Shown piece after piece: positions 53,815 through 64,000 of a DNA stretch of 64,000 bases. The notes below the pieces were generated by a model. The model ran no database searches. It was not told the DNA's origin and worked only from the letters and a program-made list of their open reading frames with translations. The stretch's first letter is position 1. Each line of letters opens with the position of its first letter. The position numbers and the translations under genes were made by a program. The stretch lies in contig NC_045697.1 in the NCBI RefSeq assembly GCF_009834535.1, positions 26,352,001 to 26,416,000 of the forward strand, read 5' to 3'. Source of the stretch: Camelus ferus. Taxonomy: Eukaryota.

Positions 53815-54620
53815 ATTCCTTCTTTCATTCATTCATTTAGTAAAAACACAGGACTGACTCTGCCATGTCTTGTCTAGGTGTTGTGGATAAAACAACAAAC
53901 AATACAGACAAGCTCTCGGCCCTCACGAAGGTTACAACTGAGTGGGATATACTGAAAATTTGTAAGCAAGTGACTGTATAATGGGGTTTCATGGAATGAT
54001 AAATTTCAAAAAGGAAAAGAATGCAGGAAAAGTAGATAGACTGATGGATGATCAAGGAAGGCCCCTCTGAAGAGGACATGAATAAGAAGGAAGAGAGAGT
54101 CAAGCAAAGGACTTTCAGAGGAAATTTCCTGGTAGAGGGAAGTAGCAAGTCCAAAGGCCCTGAAGCAGAAAGGTACTTAGCCTATATGGGTATCTGAAAA
54201 GCAAGATGGCCAGGTTGGATGGTGGGGAGTAAGCAAGGGCTGACAAGTAGGAAATGAAGACAGAGATATCTGCAGAGGACAGATCTATGGGGCCTGGGAA
54301 AGATTTTGGATTTTTAACTGAGTGTGATAGGATGATATTGAGGGAGTTTTGAGCCTGGGCATGAATTAATCTCACCTATGTATTTAAAAAGGAACTCTGG
54401 TTGAGGAGTGGAAACTATATTGTGATTCACAACATGTAGGCAGGAAACCACAGGAGGCTAGACAAGAGATGATAATGGCTTGGACCAGGATGCCAGCATG
54501 GAGGGGCTGTATAGATGTGATCTGAGAGGGGAAGGGTGAAATTCAGTTTGACTGTGGGAGCTTTGGCCTTTGGAAAAGGGTGAATGGTTGTGTCATTTGC
54601 AAAGACGGGAACAACAGAGT
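53815..54620 (-). mobile_element. L2 3' portion
   Basis: (CATT)n tail; 'gatcaaggaaggcccctctga', 'agcaagtccaaaggccctgaagcag', 'gataatggcttggaccagg'. Confidence 0.85.
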
Positions 54621-55253
54621 AGCTGGCTTACAGGACTGTTAATGAGGTGATAAATAGAAAAGCTATTCAGATTCTGTGGGACTATTCAGTCATAATAAGA
54701 TTGGTATATATTTAGGATAAGGCAACTGAAATTCAACATTGATCTATTTTTTAATCCTCCATAAACCCATTATCTACACTACTGACAAGTGAAAAGCGCT
54801 GGCATATGACTCATTTATTTGTGAATTCGTTTCTCCCATACACACAGATGGTGTTTGCAGAGACTGGAATAGGGGACGGCCTGTTGGAGGAGCAAGGATC
54901 CTCAGAGTCACATGTAACCGTCTCACCTATGGGGGAGAATGTGCACATGCTAGTGTTTATACCCCTGCAAGTCAAAGCCAAATCACAAGGCTTTTACTGT
55001 CCTTTTCTCTGGTCTAACAGTTAATATGTTTCTGTTGCCTTTTTCTTTTCTTCTCCTATATATAGATTTGTATAACTATTGTCATAGCAACAAGATAGTC
55101 TTTGCTTAGGAGAAATAGTTTGGACTAAACTGAATTATAAATCAACACCATCAGTAATATGGCTCTTTTTGCATTATTTTTATGAACCCAAATAATATTG
55201 AAGAGTCATCATTTTATTAAGGTTTAGAGACATAGGACCTATTTTGTCTAATG

Positions 55254-55466
55254 CAGAAGTCAGTAAACTTTCATGTAAAGGGCCAGATGGTAAACATTTC
55301 AGGCACTGAGGGCCACACAGTCTCTATCACAACTGCTCAATTACGCCTTGTGGCACGATACAGCCAAAGACTATGTGAACCAGTGGCTGTGTTCCAATAA
55401 ATCTTTATTTACAAAAACAAGCAATGGACTGGATTTGGCAGATGGACCACAGATTGCCAACCCCTA
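55254..55466 (-). mobile_element. MER58A-like hAT-Charlie MITE
   Basis: TIRs cagaagtcagtaaact...ttgccaaccccta; 8-bp TSD gtctaatg/atctaatg. Confidence 0.9.
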
Positions 55467-55499
55467 ATCTAATGGGTTCCTCCCTCTCACTTTCTAAGA

Positions 55500-55635
55500 G
55501 AGTGTTCAAATTATGTTCACTGTGTCATCCACAGCAGAATTCCTAGGTCCTACCTCAGACCTACTGAACTAGAATTTCTGTGGTTATCAATCTGCAATAA
55601 GCTCCCCAAGTAGTGCCCACTCAAGTGTGAGCTCA
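55500..55635. mobile_element. MER5A-like fragment
   Basis: 'aattcctaggtcctacctcagacctactgaactagaatttctg'. Confidence 0.6.
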
Positions 55636-56879
55636 AAGGCTGGGGTGTAACAAACTTCTATGAAAGCTTCTCTAAATAGGCTGGAGTGCAAATTACCACA
55701 AAGCTCTCTGCATTCTGAAATCAATATCCATCCACCCTAAGTGAAGTAACATAAGAGCAGCCTCGATAGTATTTAAAAAAAAAGAAGACAAAATTTGCCA
55801 ACATTTTAAAGTCAGGAAGATTTCACTTGAAAATATGGACTTCCAGCTCTTATGATAAATCGTAGCATCTGGCAACACTGAGCCCACATTCTTGCATAGC
55901 AAAAATCTGCTGGAGTTGAGTCATGAGCACCCAATTCAGAGAAAGCACATGTGCTCAGACTTAGACCACACTCCCCACCAGTCCCTATTATCTCTTTTAT
56001 TGTCTTGCTTTACCTATTTCAGTTATAGGTCTGCCTTCTGTGATCATTTCATTTTACAATGACTGATTTAGTAAATGCACTCTCAGTATTTATTAATGAT
56101 GGATTATCATTGGCTAATTTATCCACATTTTATACCAGAACATTAGGACATATGCTGTAAGCTACACATGTGCAAAATTTTAAGCCGCTCATTCTAATAG
56201 AACACCTCTAGAATGCAAAAGATAAAACCATTCTTGTATTTCCTGTTGTGGTACCTATAACTTTGCTGTCTCTATGAGAAATGACAGAAAGGACTCTGAA
56301 TAATAAATGGCAGGTCAAATGGGTGTATTTTTATCAATTGCTGAAATGTGTCATTGAGATAGAAAGGATCAATCTGCAATTTCTGTTCAATAAAGTCTGC
56401 TCCAGCACCCCATATTGTAAGGGAGAATGTGTTCCTTGGCCAGCTGCTCTCTTGTGTTTCTGATGGGGATACTTTCAGATGAAGCCTGGAAGAGGGGATG
56501 AAGACAGAGTATGACAAGAAATGTAAGCATTTCTGACTTGCCAGAGCAAACGTTGATTCTCACCTTTTGTACTTGCTGACAGGAAGTTAAAGTCTAACTC
56601 TTACTGGCTGACATTCGCTTTTATTCTCTGCTCTCTCACTTTCTCCACTAGCTACTCAGAACCCCTGGTTGGGAGGGGATAGGAAGGTATGGAAGAAAGG
56701 GGAGAGATCATGCCAAGATAGAGTACATTTCTAAGAAAGACATTTGTACCAGATTTAATGTTAAAAAGGAAAAAAAAAATCACTTGGAAAGGATTTATTG
56801 TTCTCTTTTTGTTGTGAGGGAAGGCACTTATTTTCATTCACAATTGTCCTAATTTTTAAAGCACTACTAATAGCAGGAG

Positions 56880-57275
56880 AACATAACAAATGGTTATGAT
56901 GTCACACACTAGATTTGGTGTCAGATACACGTAAGTGTGAAAGCCAGCTACTTAACTTCCAAGTTTCCTTTTAAGCAGTTACTTCATTTTTCTAAGCATC
57001 AATTTCTTCATCTGCAAATGGAAAGAGGAATACTTTCTGTCTCATCAAAGTGTTATGAGGATTAAATCCATGTGAAGGGCTTAATAATGGGTTAGGCATT
57101 TAGTAAACAAAAATGATATTTCTCCCTAATTATTATTTTTATCTGTAAAATGTATATAATAATGATATCTATCTCATCAGGTTATTATAAGGATGTAATC
57201 GGGCCACACCCATAGGAACATTTATTCCAGTGCCTTACCCATGGTAAGTCCCTGATATATGTCACTTGTTATTAA
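56880..57275 (+). mobile_element. Two adjacent MIR fragments
   Basis: MIR core twice: 'tttcttcatctgcaaatgg...gttatgaggattaaat' and 'atctgtaaaatg...tctcatcaggttattataaggat'. Confidence 0.75.
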
Positions 57276-57444
57276 AAAATTATTACTATAAGAAGTATTG
57301 CTCATAATAATAGTCACAATCATTTGCAAAAAAGAAATTCACTGTGGAAGAGATTGCTAATAATTACCTAATTCTTCAAACTATAATCTAAATTATGCCA
57401 TATAAGAACCATCCTGAACATGATATTGCCTTGATTTTTTGGCA

Positions 57445-57655
57445 GGACATAGCATAATATATTGGAAGGAAAATATGCTTTTGAGTCAGGGAGACCTGAG
57501 TCTGATTCCCACCCCTCTAGTTACTAGTTGGGTGATGTTAGTTTTGTTATCTCTTGAGCTTCAGTTTCTCATCTCTGAGCCAAAGAAACCACTTGATTTA
57601 GAATAAAAACAACTCTTAAAAACTTTGTCAAGATTCAGTGAGATGGGTATATGCT
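57445..57655 (+). mobile_element. MIR SINE
   Basis: 'ttttgagtcagggagacctgagt...ttactagttgggtga...gagcttcagtttctcatct'. Confidence 0.75.
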
Positions 57656-57805
57656 TGATACGGAAGGCTTAGGTTACCAGCTTTACTGCTTTAGTTTTTG
57701 GATGCTTTCCAGTACCGGTTTGCTTTGCACATGCTCTCGCTAACATTTCACACATTTTTAAGTTGTTAGAAGAGACTCTGAATAGAATACTTCTATCATC
57801 TAACA

Positions 57806-58051
57806 CAGTGGTTCTTCCTAGAAGCAATCCTCCTCACAGGAGACATTGGCAATGTCTAGAGACATTTTTTTATTGACTTGACTGGGTGGCAAGGGTGGGG
57901 GTGGCAAGAAGATAGTATTCTACTGGCATTTAGTGGGTAGAGGCCAGGAATGCTCTTAAACATTCTACAAATGTATAGGACAGCTCCCTACAGCAAAGAA
58001 TGTCAAATACTTTGGCCAACATGTCAATAGTAATGAAGTTAAGAAACTTTG
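57806..58051 (+). mobile_element. MER20-like hAT-Charlie MITE
   Basis: 'cagtggttct...ttggcaatgtctagagacattttt...ctactggcatttagtgggtagaggccaggaatgc...gtcaatagt...aagaaac'; degenerate 8-bp TSD atctaaca/atccaata. Confidence 0.9.
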
Positions 58052-58148
58052 ATCCAATACATTGATCTCTGCACTTCTTTAGACATTACTGAGCTGAGAA
58101 GCTTAAAGTAGATAAACAATTTCAAGACTGGTCTTAGAAACTGCCAAC

Positions 58149-58884
58149 CTCAAAAAATAAAATAGAACTACCAAGTCATCCATCAATTCCACTTCTGGAA
58201 ATATATCCAAAGGAAACAAAAACTCTATGTCAAAGGGATTTCTGCACCCTTGTGTTCATTGCCATATTATTCACAATAGCCAACACATGGAAATAGTCCA
58301 AGTGCCCATCGATGGTTGAGTAAACAAATAAAATGCGGTGTCTATGTAAATTATGGAATATTATTCAGCCTTAACAAAGAAGGAAACCCTGCCACTTACA
58401 ATAATATGGATAAATCATGAGGGCATTATGCTAAATAAAATAAGTCAGAGAAAGACAAATACTATATGATCAAGTATATGTGGAATCTAAAAAACAAAAA
58501 AGCAAACTTACAGAAAAAGAGATCAGATTTGTGGTTATCAGAGGAGTGGGGTTGGGGAAGGGGAATTGGATGAAGGTGGTCAAAAGGTACAAACTTCCAG
58601 TACCAAGATAAATAAATACTAGGGATGCAATGTACAACATGATGAGTATGGTCAACACTGCTATATGGTATACCTGAAAGTTGTGAAGGGTAAATCCTGA
58701 GTTCTCATAACAAGAAAAAAAATTTTTTTTTTCTTTTCTTTGTATGTCTGTGAGATGATGAATGTTAACTAAACTTACTGTGGTAACCATTTCACAATAT
58801 ATGTAAGACATACCATTATGTTGTACACCTTAAACTTATACAGTGCTGTATGCTTATGATATTTCAATAAAACTGGTTAAAAAA
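58149..58884 (+). mobile_element. 5'-truncated L1 (L1MA9-like 3' end)
   Basis: ORF2 C-terminal 'atagaactacc...caattccacttctgg', 3'UTR, AATAAA plus A tail; TSD agaaactgccaac/agaaactggcaac (58136-58148/58885-58897). Confidence 0.92.
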
Positions 58885-59199
58885 AGAAACTGGCAACTTG
58901 AATCATATGATTCCCAAGAATATTGATATTTCCTATGCCAACATGCTTTCTATATTTATCTAGCAGTTAAAGATTTATTCCTTTGATTATTTTTAACTCC
59001 TTCCTAGATAAGAAACGTACAGCATCTCACTTGTTATTGATATACCTATGTGCTTCTTGTATCTGCCTAATATTTGCCAAGACAACAGTGAAGTAACATG
59101 AGCACGATAGGCTCTGAGACTGGCAGTTTCAAGGCCAGCCATCCAGAGTGACTGGTTACAGTGCTTCAGTATCTGCCTGTTCTGAGTCTCAAATACATA

Positions 59200-59760
59200 A
59201 AGCAGTCAGGCGATCTTTCTATAACCTCAGTTCGGGACCATCCCCTGATCAAAAATGGCTCCACAGTCTTAAAATAAAGCTTAAACCTTTACCCCAGCTT
59301 CAAGACCCTGTGTAATCTGACCCTGCCCAAGCTCTGATTTGGTGTTACAACTTGTCTACACACTCACTCAGCCCTATACAGACTAGCTTTCTGGCTGTTC
59401 CTCTGATAAACCAAGCTCATTTCAGTCCCAGCACATTAGCCATTTCTACTTTTCTGGAATACTCTTTCTTTAAATCTTTGCTCATTTAGGTCTTCGCTTT
59501 GAAGCTCACCTCATGAAAGCCTTGGCCTTCCTATCAGAAATATGACCTCAACATTACCCTTTGCATATGGCACTTCCCTTCTGTGCTTTGCTTTTCTTCA
59601 GAATAGTGCACTACCCCACAGTGTATCATATATTTTTTGGTACTTGTGTATTGTATGCCTCTGACATTCTCAAATATAAGCTCCTTTTGACTTGTCATCC
59701 CCATAAACATCCTGTTGATCAGAATTCCACGGGATACAATTTGGCAAATGCTTAGTTAAT
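59200..59760 (+). mobile_element. L2 3' portion
   Basis: 'aatggctccacagtcttaaaataaagcttaaacc...caagaccctgtgtaatctgaccc'. Confidence 0.7.
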
Positions 59761-59994
59761 CCGTTTTTTTATATTTCATTTTCTCCTGGTTTTGCCATTA
59801 AACAAGAGAAACAAGCTACATCTGTGTGTCATTAAAATGTGCTAGAAATTCCAGCAATCATCAGAACATTTGATTTATCAAGACTAGAGATTCATTGTTT
59901 AAATCTGACCAACACAGAGTTTGAATAAAATTAAATCTGAGTGCGTTTTAGAGGAGCTTCATTCTCTAGTTCACTCTCATGACTAGCTATCACC

Positions 59995-60036
59995 TGTGCG
60001 TGTGCACACGTGCACACACACACGCGCGCGCGCATG
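59995..60036. repeat. 42-bp alternating pyrimidine-purine tract (TG/CA/CG)
   Basis: tgtgcgtgtgcacacgtgcacacacacacgcgcgcgcgcatg. Confidence 0.95.
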
Positions 60037-60042
60037 AACATA

Positions 60043-60388
60043 TAATCGTCCCTTGATATCGAAAGGGGATTGATTTCAGAAACTCTCTTGGACACCAAAA
60101 TATGAGATGCTCAAGTGCTTTATATAATATAGTGAAGTATTTGTACATAACCTATGCAATCCTCCTTTATGCTTCAAATCGTCTCTAGATTACATATAAC
60201 ACCTAATGCAATGTAAATGCTATGTAAATTGTTGTAAAAACAATGCAAATGCTGTAAAAATAGCTGCTGGCATGTGGCAAATTCAAGTTTTATTTTTTGG
60301 AACTTGCTGGAAATTTTTTAAAAATATTTTTGATCTGTAGTTGGTTGAATCCATGGATAGGGAACCTGCGGAAATGGAGGGCCAACTG
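60043..60388 (+). mobile_element. MER2/MER2B-like Tigger (TcMar) MITE
   Basis: 'tcgtcccttgatatc...ggggattgatttcag...gatgctcaagt...ttggttgaatccatggata...ggagggccaactg'; TA on both flanks. Confidence 0.9.
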
Positions 60389-60731
60389 TATATAGGTGAA
60401 TAGATAGATAGATTATATAGATATATAACATCAAACTATAATACCTATATTAGGTTCCTCTAAGAAGTTAATGTATTATCACACCTGGTCATCTCACACA
60501 TTTGTGTTATTTGCCTGAATCCCAAAGGCATTTAAGTTTATTTATAAGCCCTGATCTAAATGATGGAAAGACAATTTGCTTAAATGAATTTCATTTAAAT
60601 TAATTCAATTAAACATTATGCATAGGTGAATAGGTGGCTGCCTATATACAGTGTGATGTGAAGACATCCTATACCTCCTTTTCCTTTTGATTCATCAGTG
60701 TCTAAATGGCAATATTAAAATGCTATCACAA

Positions 60732-61334
60732 CCCCAATGTTCATAGCAGCACTATTTATAATAGCCAAGACATGGAAACAACCTAAATATCCATTGACAG
60801 ATGACTAGATAAAGAAATTTTAGTATATATAATGGAATACTACTCAGCCATAAAAAGAATAAAGAATAAAATAAGGTCATTTGCAACAACATGAATGGAC
60901 GTAGAGATCATCATTCTAAGTAAAGTAAGCCAGAAAGAGAAAGAAAAATAACATATGATATCACTTATATGTAGAATCTAAAAAAGAGACACAAATGAGC
61001 TTATTTACAAAACAGAAATAGACTCACAGACATAGAAAACAAATTTGTGGTTGCTGGTGGGGAAAGGGATGAGAAGGAATAAGTTGGGAGTCTGAAATTT
61101 GCATATACTAACTACTATATATAAAATAGATAAACAACAAGGTTCTTCTTATAGCACAGGGAACTATATTCAGTATCTTGTAGTTACCTATAATGAAAAA
61201 GAATATGAAAATGAATATATGTATGTTTGTATATGACAGAAACATTGTCCTGTACACCAGAAATTGACACAACATTGTAAACTGGACTATCCTTCAGTTA
61301 AAAAAGAGAGATTAAAAAAATCACACACACACGC
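60732..61334 (+). mobile_element. 5'-truncated younger (artiodactyl-type) L1 3' end
   Basis: 'ccccaatgttcatagcagcactattt...tatagcacagggaactatattcagtatcttgta...tgtacaccagaaattgacacaacattgtaaa'; TSD aaatgctatcacaa/aaatgctattacaa (60718-60731/61335-61348). Confidence 0.92.
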
Positions 61335-63307
61335 AAATGCTATTACAAACCACAGAGGTTTTAGACAAATGCAGTAGTCTATGCTACTACTAGTACCAAA
61401 TATACGTTTTTCAGTAGAATTTATCACCTCAGTCTCTAAAGCACCTTCTTATGGTTTTGAGGATATAGGAATCGCAGGAAGTCCATCATTAAATTGGGCA
61501 CAACAAAGGTAAAGTTCAAAGACATGACTGGTCAGGAAGGTTCAAAAAGGAAAGAGGAATGAGAGATAAGTTGAAAATGTTAGAAACAAATGTGGCTTTT
61601 AATTTTTCCAAAACAGGAAACTGCCTAAGCTTTACTTACTCAGTACTCTGTTTTGTTCACATTTTCATTTACTTTCATATAGAGGTATCCATCCTTCTTT
61701 GTTTTGGTGCTGATTCTTGTCCTCACAGGAATATGAACCCCTTTAAACTGAAGAATGGAGTAACTTGTTCCTGAGATCATTTTTGCTGGTAATGTCCCAT
61801 GTTTCTTTTCAAGCTGACTAGACATACTCAGTCAGCTTCTAAAGATGGAATAATCCCTGATTTTTTGAACTTTGGTCTTCCCCCAACTCCACTTTCCAAA
61901 ACACACAAAACAATCAAGTTTGTTTGCAAGGTACTTGTAATGTCTGGCTCTTCCTTTCCTGCCTGGGATTAAGCCCATGCCACACCTTAGCTCCTCCCAT
62001 GTGTGTTCCTTTGAGTTTATCTCATCTATTTCTATGTCACTGTTGTCTACATCATTGTGTGACTTTCACCAGAGACTGGTAGAGCGGCCCCAGTTCCTTG
62101 CTTGGTCTTCTGACATGAATGCCTGTATCCTGACGGGAACACCATGATGTTCCATCCTAGACTTTGGACAGAGACAGATCACCCTATCCACTATGTTATT
62201 GAAGTTTATTGTAATCCCTGGAGGTTTTAAAGTGATAAATGCTGTGTGTGATTTTCAAGAAACATAGATAATTATCAGTGGAAAATCATACCTGAACCAT
62301 TTCTTAATACATATTTTTCCCAAAGAATTTAAAGGAAAAACTTCTCTGATATTTTTCCCCCTATTTGAGAAGAAGACTGTTAGAGAACAGTCACAGAAAA
62401 TGTATAATCCTCACCCGTGGCCTGGATTTATACTATAACAAAGTATATGGACTTATAATTTTCCATTATTCTGTGCTATAAAGAGGCATCAATCTTGCTT
62501 TAGACACTGCTGTCAAGTTGAAACATCATTTCAGGCATAAGCTGAAAATATGAGACTCTTTAGCTACATAGTCATGTAAAAATCATTTAAAAAAAATTCT
62601 CTGTGTATGAGCATTCACCAGATTTTTTCAGCAACAATGTACCAGGCCAGAAGGTTGACAAGATTCATATAATTAGACATGCAAATGCTGCTAATGGAAG
62701 CTTTATAATTGCTTTGAAGCACAATCCATCATAATCACATATTCTGAAAGCAAATAAGTAACATGATACCTTAAATTACAGGTTTCATATAGACTGAAGT
62801 ATAATCTTCTACTTTCCTTTTATTCTTTATGTCTCCCCCACACTCTAATTATTGGTAATTCTGGCAGGAAGAATATGCATGCAAGTTTCATCCCTCTTTT
62901 AAATGACTTTAGTTTCAAATCTATTTGAAAAAATGCCCTATATTAGGAAGCCCCATGGAATGCTATTGAAAATACACATCTGCCGGGTAATTTTTTCATG
63001 TAATTATGTAAAGTAAAATCTTCATAAACAAAGTAAAGAAAATTATAATCCTCAGTATTAGGTTTTGCAAAATACCCCAAAGCAGTTTTTTTCCCTAATA
63101 AGTAAGTCAGAATTAAATTGAACAAATACCACCACCAAAATTCAATTTTCTTTCCTTTCATAAAGACCTGTAAGCAACTGCTCTATAGCTAAAATCCATC
63201 ACCATGTGCAATGCTACTTTGACCTGGAAGTAAGTACTATTTTAATTTCCAAGGCATGGCTTGCTATCCTGCACACAGTTGTTTGCCTCTCAATATCCCC
63301 TTTCTCT

Positions 63308-63369
63308 CCTAACAGAACCGTTGTTTTTCCATTTTTGCCCTAAAAGAACCATTGTTTTTCCATTTCTGC
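63308..63369 (+). repeat. 31-bp tandem duplication (3 mismatches)
   Basis: cctaacagaaccgttgtttttccatttttgc / cctaaaagaaccattgtttttccatttctgc. Confidence 0.9.
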
Positions 63370-63439
63370 CCCACTTCCTTATCTAGCCCATTCTGCTTTC
63401 ATGGCCATTCCTACTCAGGCCAATGAGGAGAGAAAGGAT

Positions 63440-63950
63440 GTGAATCAGTTAGCTTTTGTTATATTGTAAACCATTCCAAAGCTTAGTAGCTTCAGCTACC
63501 ATTTATTTAGCTTATGATTCAGTGAGCTGGTGATTTGGGCTGGTCTTGCTTGGTGGTTCTTCTGCTTTCAGCCGGGCTCAGTTATGTGTTTTGGAAGTGC
63601 CACCTGGTTGCAGGGCACTGAATAGTTTCAGCTGCAAAGATTCATTTCTGTTTCATCTGTTTCTCATCACCCAGCAGACAAGCTCAGATTGTTCACCTTG
63701 AATCTGGATAGGTTTTCAAGAGAGAAAGAAGAGGCATAAAAGGCCTCTTGATGCCTAAACTCTGAGGTGCACACTGTTACTTCCACTGCATTCTGCTGAC
63801 CAAAGCAAAACACGAGGCAAGCCCAGATTTAATGGGTGGGAAAGCCGAATATGTCTCTTAATGGGAGCAGCTCAAAGTCACACTGCAAGGAAGGGCCATG
63901 GATACAGAGAGTAGAGAAATTGTGGCAATGTTTCCAAACATTCTACCATA
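63440..63950 (-). mobile_element. MLT1 (G/H-like) MaLR solo LTR
   Basis: 'catttatttagcttatgattc...tttgggctgg', 'ttacttccactgcattctgctgaccaaagcaa...gcccagatt'. Confidence 0.85.
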
Positions 63951-64000
63951 GGGAGTTTGCTAGGTTTTGGGGAATAAGTTCCTTTTCTTTTAAGACTGTT

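Noticed and set aside
1..64000. ORF-track entries (60-129 aa) as protein-coding genes, or a prokaryote-style system such as an operon, CRISPR array or defence island
   Set aside because: The sequence is repeat-rich mammalian DNA. ORFs are short, compositionally biased or inside TEs, and there is no regularly spaced repeat-spacer array.

Overview
AT-rich, CpG-poor mammalian non-coding DNA (intronic or intergenic) dominated by decayed interspersed repeats: L2, MIR, MaLR/MLT1, hAT/Tigger MITEs, ERV1-class solo LTRs and L1. A tRNA-Ala(AGC)-derived SINE at 31472-31635 matches my recollection of the camelid Vic-1 SINE. With no recognisable Alu, Bov-A/tA, PRE or Can-SINE, the host is probably a camelid (alpaca, llama or camel). 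The largest object is a full-length but dead ~6.4 kb L1 (29915-36300). No intact protein-coding gene is visible: the ORF-track entries are L1/L2 fragments or chance ORFs. A few minus-strand splice-site pairs (4645-4739, 45093-45113) and a strong plus-strand bias of L1s suggest the window lies inside a large minus-strand transcription unit, but I cannot name it. I found no convincing novel biological system. The best leads are the candidate exon and microexon, an unexplained 25-bp direct repeat 1320 bp apart, a cluster of three TSD-flanked ERV1 solo LTRs (two related and inverted), and ~235-bp monomers in the L1 5'UTR. Subfamily names come from recalled consensus motifs, not from a database search; boundaries without TSDs are approximate.
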